A stretch of 21,527 nt of DNA. It comes from Candidatus Methylomirabilota bacterium (GTDB lineage: Bacteria > Methylomirabilota > Methylomirabilia > Rokubacteriales > CSP1-6). The stretch lies in contig JBKPAK010000231.1 in the NCBI GenBank assembly GCA_046726415.1, positions 1-21,527 on the forward strand, given 5' to 3'. The translations under genes and the position numbers were made by a program. Under the pieces are notes generated by a model that ran no database searches, had not been told where the DNA came from, and saw only the letters and a list, made by a program, of their open reading frames with translations. Below, piece after piece: positions 8,732-17,651 of this stretch (its first letter is position 1; each line of letters begins with the position of its first letter).

Positions 8732-8761
8732 TTGACTGCGCTGTCATCGCTGGAGCAGTAT
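8732..8761 (+). promoter_or_regulatory. Putative sigma70-type promoter of the Rid genes
   Basis: TTGACT (8732-8737), 18-nt spacer GCGCTGTCATCGCTGGAG, then CAGTAT (8756-8761). It resembles the divergent korA element. Confidence 0.4.
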
Positions 8762-8836
8762 CTCCTGCGCGAGGCTATCGCGACTCATCCTTCGGCACTC
8801 GTCACGCGGCGCCACCCTTCTGAGGGAGGAGGCACC

Positions 8837-9631
8837 ATGGATCGCCGAGACATACTGGCCGAGCGCCCTGTCGAGCGGGGACGTGGCTTCATGCCCGGGG
8901 TCAGCGTCAACCCCGCGAGAATGCTGTTCACCGCCGGGCTGACCGGGAGAAATCCGGACGGCAGTCTCGCGGCCGGCGGGATGGCGCCCCAGACCCGTCG
9001 CGCCTTCGAGCGCCTCGAAGCCGTCCTGGCCCACGCCGGCGCGACGTTCGACGGTGTCGTCAAGCAGCTCGTCTACGTCACCGACATCGACGCGTACAAC
9101 GCCAGCGGCCGGGCCGAGCGCGCCAAGTTCTTCGGCAGCGCCCGTCCGGCCTCGACTGGATTGGTGGTGCGTCGACTGGCCGACCCCGCCATGCTCATCG
9201 AGGTGGAGCTCCTGGTGGATCTCGCCGGCTCCACTCCCGGGAAGCCTCCGCTGGAAAAGTTCAACGTGGAAAGCCACCCGGGCGACTTTCACCAGGGGGT
9301 CATCGTCAACGGTGGCCGCCTACTCTACCTGGCCGGTCAGGTCGCCAACAACCCCGATGGTTCGGTGGCGGGCGTGAGCGACTGGCGGCGTCAGGCGGAG
9401 AAGATCTACGAGAACATCGGCCATGTGCTGCGCGCCGCCGGGGCGCCGCCGGCCAGCGCGGTGAAGGAGACCACCTGGGTGCTCAGTATCGACTCCTGGC
9501 GCCAGCACGGCACCCCTGTGCGTCGCGCCTTCTACCAGGGCGACTACCCGGCCTCGACCCTGGTCGAGATCCCGGGGCTGGCTCGGCCGGAGTTCCTGGT
9601 GGAGATCGAAGTGATCGCGGCCGTGGCATAG
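8837..9631 (+). CDS. Two-domain Rid (YjgF/YER057c/UK114) family protein lacking the RidA catalytic Arg
   Basis: ATG at 8837 after GGGAGGAGG. Domain 1: LFTAGLTG...QTRRAFERLEAVLAHAG...VVKQLVYVTD...PASTGLVVRRLADPAMLIEVE. Domain 2: LYLAGQVA...QAEKIYENIGHVLRAAG...PASTLVEIPGLARPEFLVEIEVIA. Confidence 0.9.
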   Translation: MDRRDILAERPVERGRGFMPGVSVNPARMLFTAGLTGRNPDGSLAAGGMAPQTRRAFERLEAVLAHAGATFDGVVKQLVYVTDIDAYNASGRAERAKFFGSARPASTGLVVRRLADPAMLIEVELLVDLAGSTPGKPPLEKFNVESHPGDFHQGVIVNGGRLLYLAGQVANNPDGSVAGVSDWRRQAEKIYENIGHVLRAAGAPPASAVKETTWVLSIDSWRQHGTPVRRAFYQGDYPASTLVEIPGLARPEFLVEIEVIAAVA

Positions 9632-9645
9632 AAAGGGGACCGACG

Positions 9646-10032
9646 ATGCCGTTCAGCACGATCGCGACGCCCGAGGCCAGGCCGGTGGCCAACTACAAGA
9701 TGGGAACACGCATGGAGGGCGGTCGGCTGCTCTACATCTCCGGCCAGGTGGCCTGGGATGCCAGTGGCAACATCGTCGGAAGGGGCGACGTGCGCGCCCA
9801 GGCGCGGCAAACATTCCAGAACCTTCGCCAGGTCTTGCGGGCGGCGGGTGGCGACGTCGGGAACCTCATGAAGATCACGACCTACATCACCAAGATCGAG
9901 GATTTCCCCGCTGTGGCCGAGACGCGCAGCGAGGTGTTTCAAGGGGAGCTTCCGGCCAGCACCTTGATCGTGGTCAAGAGCCTGTTCCACCCGGATTTCC
10001 TGATCGAGGTGGAGGGCGTGGCGGCGGTGTGA
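9646..10032 (+). CDS. Single-domain Rid (YjgF/UK114) family protein lacking the RidA catalytic Arg
   Basis: RBS AAAGGGGA. LYISGQVA...QARQTFQNLRQVLRAAG...KITTYITK...PASTLIVVKSLFHPDFLIEVEGVA. Confidence 0.92.
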   Translation: MPFSTIATPEARPVANYKMGTRMEGGRLLYISGQVAWDASGNIVGRGDVRAQARQTFQNLRQVLRAAGGDVGNLMKITTYITKIEDFPAVAETRSEVFQGELPASTLIVVKSLFHPDFLIEVEGVAAV

Positions 10033-10045
10033 CGAGACGCGTGGC

Positions 10046-10147
10046 CTACGGCGCCTTCCGCAACCGTCTGAGCAAGTCCTCCCCGAACTGGAGAGCGCGC
10101 TCGACGCGCCGGACCCAGTCGCGCGCCTGGGCATCGGTGAGGACGAT
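10046..10147 (-). other. Possible 33-codon small ORF or C-terminal gene remnant behind a strong RBS
   Basis: AAGGAGG at 10161-10155, 7-nt spacer, then ATC GTC CTC ACC... = IVLTDAQARDWVRRVERALQFGEDLLRRLRKAP*. Codons are mostly GC3-rich, but there is no canonical start codon. Confidence 0.35.
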
Positions 10148-10175
10148 GAGCGGACCTCCTTCTGGATGATCAGGG

Positions 10176-10901
10176 CTATGCGTACCCACCAAAGAGGGCC
10201 CGGCGCAGATCTTTCCAGAAGCAGTCGATGTCTTTGAACCCCGCGGCTTTCAGGGCCGCCAGGTGTTGGTCCAGGCTGGCGGGAAAGGGGCCAGTGGCGC
10301 CCTCCGCTCGGGATCGTCCTCCACCTCGGACCATCGCCTCTACCTCCACCCCCGAGGTCCCCTCGCGCTCGCGTCGGGCGGCTGCGACACTGACGTACCG
10401 CTGCTGTAGCCCGGCCGTCGGGGCGTTGATCAAGTCCAAGTTCAGGAAGACGCCGTCCGACTGCAAATGCCCGCGGACCTCGCCATGGATCTCGCCGATG
10501 CGCTTGAAGTCCCGAAGGTTGTGAAGGCAGCTGGATGAGACGGCGGCAGCAAAGGGGCCGAACTGTCGAGGCATCCAGTTGGTCTCAAAGAGGTCGGACT
10601 GATGCGTTGTGAAGCGCTCCCCATACCTGGCCATGCGAGTCCGTGCGCGATTCAGCATCGGCTCGGAACCGTCCTGGGCAATACAGGTCGCCCGAGGATA
10701 CCGGTCGAGGATGAACATGCTCACGGGCCCGTAGCCGGCACCGAGATCCAAGATGGTGACCGTGGCATCAGGTGGGAACGGAAAGAGATCGCACATCAAC
10801 TGGAAGCGCTCGGCCCGCGCGGGGTCCTCGGACTGCTGCCGCCTCACCCACTCTTCCACGTACGTCTCTGAGGTCCAGTCGTGGTGGTCGCACCGCTGCA
10901 T
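10176..10901 (-). CDS. Class I SAM-dependent methyltransferase (substrate unknown)
   Basis: Motif I ILDLGAGYG, acidic residue after beta2 (QDGSEPML), AVSSSCLHNL, LQSDGVFLNLD, C-terminal LKAAGFKDIDCFWK. RBS GAGGTGA. Confidence 0.88.
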   Translation of the reverse strand: MQRCDHHDWTSETYVEEWVRRQQSEDPARAERFQLMCDLFPFPPDATVTILDLGAGYGPVSMFILDRYPRATCIAQDGSEPMLNRARTRMARYGERFTTHQSDLFETNWMPRQFGPFAAAVSSSCLHNLRDFKRIGEIHGEVRGHLQSDGVFLNLDLINAPTAGLQQRYVSVAAARREREGTSGVEVEAMVRGGGRSRAEGATGPFPASLDQHLAALKAAGFKDIDCFWKDLRRALFGGYA

Positions 10902-10905
10902 AAGC

Positions 10906-11168
10906 TCACCTCGTCTGCGTCACCGTGCCGATGAGCGCGAGTCTTCCCTGCTTCACGACCTTCAGGCCCCGCTCCAGGACAGGGCGGATCTCCTCAGGGT
11001 CGACGATGGGGCGTTCGCCGTGGGTGCGAAGCTCTTCGCCAGGTAGCGAGGTCGATGTCGGGGCGCGCCAGGGTGACCCCGACATTGTCCAGGGAGGGAG
11101 TGCCGCCTGATCGTGGTGATGGCACGCCGGTGCCCGACATCGTGGAAGTCGGACTGGTGAATGAACAT
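10906..11168 (-). pseudogene. Frameshifted C-terminal remnant of a probable thiamine-pyrophosphate-dependent (acetolactate synthase-like) enzyme
   Basis: Stitching frames gives MFIHQSDFHDVGHRRAITTIRRH / SLDNVGVTLARPDIDLAT / LAKSF / THGERPIVDPEEIRPVLERGLKVVKQGRLALIGTVTQTR*. This follows the TPP_enzyme_C tail pattern (..NN..Y...P.D..DFA.LA.SFG..G..I.DP.E.RPAL.RAL...GRPAL.DV.T). The stop lies 4 nt before the methyltransferase ATG. Recognised from memory of the family, not from a search. Confidence 0.62.
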
Positions 11169-11185
11169 GGCATGCGGGCAGGGGC

Positions 11186-14100
11186 TCAAGCAAGCCCTCC
11201 CAGCTCCGCCTCCGCTTGCGCGAGCCAGAACCGCATGTCCATCTCGCGGTACATCGCCGTCGCGCTGGTGAGGTGCTCGCGGGCCTGCTCGCGCTGGTCC
11301 GTGCGCCGGTAAAGCTTGCCGAGGCCGAGGTGGCAATGGGCGACGAGCGGGCGCATGCCCCGCGGCTCGGCGAGCGTCAGCGCCTCGCGGTAGTGGGCCT
11401 CGCCGCTCTCGGCGTCGAACCGGTCGGGATGAGTCGCGATATCGCCGAGCAGGTGGAGAGAATGGGCCGCGATCCCGACGTGCTCCGGATGAGACTCGAT
11501 CGCGTGCTCGCCCAGACCTTGCGCCTCGTCGAGTCGACCGAGCAACAGGCAGGCGCGACCCAGCGAGTGAATCGTCCAGCTGCGATAACCGACGACGCCC
11601 GTCACCGCGTAACGCTCGAGGAGCTGTTCCCCTTCCCGGAAGCGGCTCTGCGCCTCGCGCTCTTCGCCGAGCTGCGCCAACACCCAGGAGGAAGAGCAGA
11701 TCGCCGACCGCCTCACCATCACGACGTTCCCGGCTCGGTACGCCGCGATCGGGTGCTCAATGAATGTCCGCGCGTTCGTCCAGTCGCCCTGGAGGAGATG
11801 GAGCACTCCCGCCGCGTAGTGCGCATGGGCGACGGTGTTCGTGTGACGGGTCGCATCCGCGAGTCGGATCGCCTCCGCCGCGCACGTTGCCGCCTCGCCG
11901 AACCTGCCAAGCTGCGCGAGGCTCTGGATGAGCCAGTTGCGGTCCATGACCGATGGCGGTACGGCGTTTGCGAGAAACTCGTAGACCCAGTCGGCAGGCA
12001 AAGTCGCGAGGTTCTCGGTGGCAAGCTGGACGACCTTCTCATAGTCGCCTCGCCAGTAATGTGCCTGCTCGAGATGGGTCGTGGTGACGATGCGGAGTCT
12101 CAGATCCCCGAGGCGCGCGGCGACCTCCAGCGCGCGTGCGCCGACCGCCAGTGCCTCGCGGGGCGCGCTGGATTACTGGTGGCTGGTCATGAGGCCGTAG
12201 ATCAGGCCGCGGCGATGGTCGTCGTTCAAGCGCTCGGCGAGCGCCTGGGCTTCGAGCACCAGCTCGAACGCCCGCCGTTCTTCAGTGAGCTGGAAGAGCA
12301 CCGGGCGCATGTCGAGGCGGATGTCGAAGGCTTTCTCGAGCTTGGCCTGGCCTTCCGGCAGTTCCTCGAGAGCGCCGAGCGCCTGCTCGAGCCAGCCCCG
12401 GGCGTCCTGGAGCGCCGACCGCGAGGCCGCTTTGAGTCCGGCCTGCCGGAGATAGTGCACCGCTTTCTCTCGCATCTCGCCCCGGACGGCATGATGGGCG
12501 AGCCGCTCGGTGTGCTCGGCGAGCCGCTCCCGGTGGAGCACCTCGATTGCGTCGACGATCCGCGCGTGGAACTCGCGGCGACGCTCCTGCAGCAGTCCCT
12601 TATATGTCACCTCGTGCGTGAGCGCGTGCTTGAAGGAATACTCGAGATCCGGATACAGCCCGGTCTCGTAGATGAAGTCGGCGGCCTGCAAGTGGTCGAG
12701 TCCGCGCCGGAGCGCCTCGTCCGGTAGCTCGGCGGTCGCATGGAGGAGCGCCAAGGGCACGTCCTTGCCCACCACGGAGGCGGTCTGTAGAAGACGTTTG
12801 TCCTCTGGGGGGAGCCGGTCGATGCGCGCCGCCAGCATCACCTGGACGGTCGGCGGGACCTGGATCGCCTGGACGGGTTGCGTCAGCCGATACTGTCCGC
12901 GCTGCCCCGCCAGCGCCTTCGTCTCCACCAGCGTTCGGACGGTCTCCTCCAAGAAAAACGGGTTCCCACGTCTGACCAGGAGCTGCTTGAGCGTCACGAG
13001 CCCGGGATCGTCGCCCAGGAGTGCCTCCAGCAACTCCGCGCCGCTCTCGGCCGGGAGCGCGTCGAGCCGCAGCTGGCTGTAGGACGTCTTGCCACGCCAG
13101 GCGTGCTGGTACTCCGGACGGTAGTTCACGAGTAGCAGCAGGCGCGCCGACCCCAGGCTCTCGACCAGGCCGTCGAGCAGCGTCTGGGTCTCGCTGTCGA
13201 TCCAGTGGAGGTCATCGAAAATGACGAGGAGCGGCTGCTCTCGCGCCTCTCGCAGCAGCAACCGCCTCACGGCGTCCAGTGTGCGATGGCGGCGCTGCCC
13301 TGGGTCGAGTGCCTGCCACGCGGCGTCGTCCATGGGCACGTCGAGCAGGGCCAGCAATGCCGGCAGCGTCGGCCCCAGCGCACGGTCGAGGGTGAACAGC
13401 TTGCCCTTCACCTTCTCGCGGATCTCGCGCAGATCGTCCCGGTCCTGGATCTTGAAGTAGCTCTGGAGGAGATCGATGACCGGCAGGTAGCTCGTCGCCT
13501 TGCCGTACGAGACCGAGGCGGCTTCCAGCACCAGCCAGCCCTGGAGGCGATGCGAATGGGTGAACTCGTAGACGAGGCGGGACTTGCCCACCCCCGCCTC
13601 GCCGACGATCGCGGCCACCTGACCGCGACCGTCGCCGGCGAGCTGCTGGGCGCGGCGGAGCTGCTCCAGCTCGGCGTCGCGGCCGACGAACCGCGTCAGG
13701 CCGCGCCGGGCGCCCGCCTGGAGGCGGGTCCGAGCCGGGCCCGCTCCCGTTACCTGGTAGACCTCCACGGCGTCGGCCAGCCCCTTCACCGGCATGGGGC
13801 CAAGGGACTTCACCTCGACGTAGCCTTCGACCAGGGCCAGCGTCCTGGGTGTGATCGCGATCGCGCCGGGATCGGCGATCTGCTCCATCCGCGCGGCCAG
13901 GTGCGTCGTCTGGCCGACGGCCGTGTAGTCCATGTGAAGATCGCTACCGATGGCGCGGACCACGACCTCTCCGGAGTTCAGCCCAACGCGGATCTTGACC
14001 ACGGCCGCGTGAGAACGTCGCACCTCTTCCGCGTACTTCTGCACGCTCTCCTGCATCCGGAGCGCCGCGTAGCAGGCCCGCACTGCGTGGTCCTCGTGCG

Positions 14101-14557
14101 CCAGCGGCGCCCCGAAGAGCGCCATGATTCCGTCGCCCATCACCTGGTTGACCGTCCCCTCGTACCGGTGCACGGCCTCCATCATCCGCTCCAGAACAGG
14201 ATCGAGGAGCTTCCGCGCCTCCTCGGGGTCGCGGTCGGCAAGCAGCTCCATGGAGCCCTTCAGGTCGGCGAACAGGACGGTCACCTGCTTGCGCTCCCCC
14301 TCGAGGGCGGCCTTCGAGGTGAGGATCTTCTCGACGAGGTGCCGAGGTGTGTAGGACTCAGGAGGACCGAACTTCGTTCCCGCGACGCTCCTGGAAACGC
14401 CGCGGTGAGCGACCGACTCCCCGCAGCTCCGGCAGAACTTCGCGCCGGCCCGATTCGCTTCGCCGCACGCGGGGCAGGCAATCTCGAGGCGCGCCCCGCA
14501 CTCGTCACAGAAGGGGGCGTCGACGGGGCTCTCGTGCTGACACCGGGTACACTTCAC
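11186..14557 (-). pseudogene. Double zinc ribbon + class III adenylate/guanylate cyclase + STAND (AAA_16-type) ATPase + TPR-like protein, interrupted by one in-frame TAA at 12173-12175
   Basis: Four CxxC pairs. Cyclase motifs VTVLFADLKGS, MGDGIMALFGAP, RVGLNSG and HLAARMEQ. FVGRDAEL, Walker A GEAGVGKS, Walker B LLVIFDDLHWID, GNPFFLEE, YSFKHALTHEVTY. ORFs 12173..14557 and 11186..12001 are in the same frame, and the 57 codons between them are open and protein-like (SSAPREALAVGARALEVAARLGDLRLRIVTTTHLEQAHYWRGDYEKVVQLATENLAT). Total span 1124 codons. Confidence 0.88.
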
Positions 14558-14630
14558 CCCTGGCCATCCTCCCCTGCCGAGTGCCGCGACCCGCGAGCCG
14601 CCGCGCCGACGACCTGGTCGCGGTGAGCCC

Positions 14631-15620
14631 TCACTTCTTGATGAGCTGCTTCAGGAGCGCCCCCACCTTCTGGTAGTCCTGGTCCCACCACTTCTCGAAC
14701 TGCTCGCCGCTCATGTACTGGATCCGCTCGCCCAGCTTGGTCATCAGGGACTTGAACGCTTCGTCGTCCACCATCGCCTTCAGCCCCTGGCGCAGCTTGC
14801 CCACGACTTCCGGCGGCGTCCCCGCGGGGACCATCAGCGTGTGCCAGATGGAGTGTGTCACGTCGTACCCGAGCTCCTTCAGCGTGGGGACATCCGGGTA
14901 GGTGGGCAGCCGTTTGTCGGACGTCACCGCGAGTAGGCGGATCTTGCGCGCTTCCATCTGGGGCGCGCACACCGCCGGCGCGACACAGTGTCCGATGTCG
15001 ACGTGCTTGCCGAGCACGGCCATCATGATCGGGCCGCCGCCCGTGGTGGGCATGTGTCTGACCCGCAGATTCGTCGCTTTGAGGATCATCTCCCACATGA
15101 AGTGGGTGGTGCTGTACACTCCGGCCGAGGCGTACTGGAACTCGTCGGGCTTCTGCCGCGCCTCGGCCACGAAGTCTTGGAAGGTTTTCCAGCGGGACTC
15201 GGCATTCACCATGACCGCGAACGGCGTCACGGTGACCTGGCCGATCGGGATGAACTGCTCCTTCTTGAAGGCCGGCGTGCGCCCCAGGAGCTGGTCGACC
15301 TGGGGAAGTTCGGTGATGGTGTTGAGGGCGTGCAGCACGGTGTAGCCATCCGGCTTGGCGTTCGCCACGTACTGCGCCCCGACCGCTCCGCCGCCGCCCG
15401 CCTTGTTGATGACGACCATGGGTTGGCCGAGATGTGTATGGGCAACGCTGGCCAGCGGTCGAGCGACGGTATCCGCCCCTCCCCCTGGAGGAAAGGACAC
15501 GACCAGTGTGATCGGCTTCGTCGGGTATGCGGCGACGTCGGACACGAGCATGCCTCCGGCGCCGGCCACCGTCGAGGCGAGCATCGCGCTGATGACAACG
15601 AGGATTCGCGGGTTCATCAT
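14631..15620 (-). CDS. tctC: Tripartite tricarboxylate transporter substrate-binding protein (TctC/Bug)
   Basis: Signal peptide, YPTKPITLVVSFPPGGGADTVAR, VINKAGGGGAVG, AKPDGYT, RLPTYPDVPTLKELG. ATGA overlap with the tctA stop; the start may be the second Met at 15617. Confidence 0.93.
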   Translation of the reverse strand: MMNPRILVVISAMLASTVAGAGGMLVSDVAAYPTKPITLVVSFPPGGGADTVARPLASVAHTHLGQPMVVINKAGGGGAVGAQYVANAKPDGYTVLHALNTITELPQVDQLLGRTPAFKKEQFIPIGQVTVTPFAVMVNAESRWKTFQDFVAEARQKPDEFQYASAGVYSTTHFMWEMILKATNLRVRHMPTTGGGPIMMAVLGKHVDIGHCVAPAVCAPQMEARKIRLLAVTSDKRLPTYPDVPTLKELGYDVTHSIWHTLMVPAGTPPEVVGKLRQGLKAMVDDEAFKSLMTKLGERIQYMSGEQFEKWWDQDYQKVGALLKQLIKK

Positions 15621-17161
15621 CCCCCTCCTTTTGCCACGAGAGGACCCTCGCGCAAGCCGGCTGGGCTCTCACCATGCCTCGCGTACGCGCGCCTGAGCAC
15701 TGCGACCAGATGAAGAACCAGGATCAAGACGGCGGCCGCCAGCATGACGGCCGAGATGGGTCGACTGAGAAAGATCCCGAACTCGCCCTTGGACATCATG
15801 AGTCCCTGGCGGAGCGCTTGCTCCATCATCGGCCCGAGGACCATGGCCAGGACGATCGGCGCCGGGTCGAAGCCGACTTTGCGCAAGACGTAGCCGGCCA
15901 CCCCGGCGATCCCCATGATCCAGAGATCCGTGCCGCTGAGGTTGACGCTGTAGACGCCGACGAAGCAGATCAGCAGGATGCCGGGGAAGAGGAAGTGCTG
16001 GGGCACGCGCAGCAAATTGATGAACAACCCGACGAGGGGGAGGTTGAGGATCAGCAGCATGACGTTGCCGATGTACATGCTGGCGATCAGGCCCCAGAAG
16101 ACCTCGGGGCGCTGCTCCATCAGAACGGGCCCGGGCTTCACCCCATGGATCAGGAGGGCCACCATCATGGTGGCCGTCGCCGGCGAGGAGGGAATCCCCA
16201 GCGCCAGGAACGGGATCATCGCCCCCCCGGTGGCGGCGTTGTTCGCGGCCTCCGGGCCGGCCACCCCCTCGATACGCCCGGTGCCGAACTCTTCCGGTCG
16301 CCCGGACAGACGTTTCTCCATGGCGTACGAGACGAAGGTCGAGATGATGTGGGCCGCCCCCGGGAGAATGCCGATCAGGAAGCCCACCACCGAGCCGCGG
16401 CCGATGGGCCCGAGAGAGTGCTTCCAGTCGTCTCGCGTGGGCAGGAGCGTCGAGAGCTTCGGCTTGATGACGTCCCGGACAACCGTCTGCTCGACGTTCG
16501 TCAAGATTTCCGCGACTCCGAACAGGCCCATGGCCACGGCCAGGAAGCTGATCCCATCCCCCAGTTCCACGCGGCCATGCGTGAAGCGTGTGAAGCCCGA
16601 GAGATGGTCGATCCCCACCGCCGCCAGCGCCAGCCCCAGGACGATCATCATCAACGCCTTCAGCACCGATCCCGTCCCCATGTACGCGAGGATGACGAGG
16701 CCCAGGACCATGAGTGAAAACTGCTCGGGGGGGCCGAACCTCAGCGCCAGGGCGGCCAGGAGGGGAGCGAGCAGCATCAGGCCCAGCACGCTGAGCGTCC
16801 CCGCGATGTACGAGCCAAAGGCGGCAATCGACAGGGCCGGGCCCGCGCGGCCCTTGCGGGCCATCTGGTAGCCGTCGAAACACGTCACCACCGAGGCCGC
16901 TTCTCCCGGGATGTTCACGAGGATCGACGTGGTGGAGCCCCCGTACATCGCGCCGTAGTAGATCCCCGCCAGCATGATGATGGCGGACACGGGCTCCATC
17001 CCGAACGTGGTGGGGAGCAGGATGGTGATGCCGCCCAGCGGGCCGATCCCCGGGAGGACGCCCACGATCGTTCCCAGGAGGACACCCAGCGCACAGTAGA
17101 AGAGGTTGATCGGCGTGAGGCTCACCGAGAAGCCGTACAGGAGACTCTGCAGGGCATCCAC
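15617..17161 (-). CDS. tctA: Tripartite tricarboxylate transporter large permease
   Basis: TctA signature LGVLLGTIVGVLPGIG, YYGAMYGGSTTSILVNIPG, DGYQMARKG, GVAGPEAANNA; highly hydrophobic. Confidence 0.95.
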   Translation of the reverse strand: MDALQSLLYGFSVSLTPINLFYCALGVLLGTIVGVLPGIGPLGGITILLPTTFGMEPVSAIIMLAGIYYGAMYGGSTTSILVNIPGEAASVVTCFDGYQMARKGRAGPALSIAAFGSYIAGTLSVLGLMLLAPLLAALALRFGPPEQFSLMVLGLVILAYMGTGSVLKALMMIVLGLALAAVGIDHLSGFTRFTHGRVELGDGISFLAVAMGLFGVAEILTNVEQTVVRDVIKPKLSTLLPTRDDWKHSLGPIGRGSVVGFLIGILPGAAHIISTFVSYAMEKRLSGRPEEFGTGRIEGVAGPEAANNAATGGAMIPFLALGIPSSPATATMMVALLIHGVKPGPVLMEQRPEVFWGLIASMYIGNVMLLILNLPLVGLFINLLRVPQHFLFPGILLICFVGVYSVNLSGTDLWIMGIAGVAGYVLRKVGFDPAPIVLAMVLGPMMEQALRQGLMMSKGEFGIFLSRPISAVMLAAAVLILVLHLVAVLRRAYARHGESPAGLREGPLVAKGGG

Positions 17162-17173
17162 GAGCGTCGCCCC

Positions 17174-17641
17174 TCAGAACGGCAAGAGTCCGGACGGCAA
17201 GGCAATCTGGAGCGCCCGGCTGAACACGAGGTATGACGAGACGCTCCCGACCAGCGCCAGCGCGACGGCGGCCGGCCATTTCATCTTTCCCAACACGCGC
17301 ATGGCCACCCCCAGGAACAGCGCCATGGTGAGCAGGAAGCCGGCGCGTTCGAAGAGCGCCGCCGCCGCGATGATGCTCCCCACCAGGTAGAAAACTTCGG
17401 GCTGCTTCGGCCACACCCGCGTCGATTCGCGCGCCGGACTCACCAGCCCCACCGCGAGGAGCATGACCGACAAGCCACCCAGCGTCAGGCCGAGGAAGAG
17501 CGGGAAGAACCCCGCCCCGGGCATTCGAAAGCTTCCGAGGGGGACTTGTACCGCTTCGAGGCAGATCCAGACACTCAGGAGGAGAAAGGCGACGGCGGCA
17601 ACCGCGGTCGCCTGGACCCTGTCCCGCGCGGGGAGAGCCAC
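17174..17641 (-). CDS. tctB: Tripartite tricarboxylate transporter small permease
   Basis: About 155 aa with 4-5 hydrophobic segments, PGAGFFP motif and C-terminal VFSRALQIALPSG; adjacent to tctA. Confidence 0.88.
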   Translation of the reverse strand: MALPARDRVQATAVAAVAFLLLSVWICLEAVQVPLGSFRMPGAGFFPLFLGLTLGGLSVMLLAVGLVSPARESTRVWPKQPEVFYLVGSIIAAAALFERAGFLLTMALFLGVAMRVLGKMKWPAAVALALVGSVSSYLVFSRALQIALPSGLLPF

Positions 17642-17651
17642 AGGCCGACCG

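Noticed and set aside
12173..12175. Programmed recoding (selenocysteine or pyrrolysine) at the internal cyclase stop
   Set aside because: The codon is TAA, not TGA or TAG, and TGA and TAG act as normal stops elsewhere in the window.
14584..14623. Inverted repeat CCGCGACC...GGTCGCGG between tctC and the cyclase gene
   Set aside because: 8-bp GC arms with a 24-nt loop and no U-tract are plausible by chance at this GC content.
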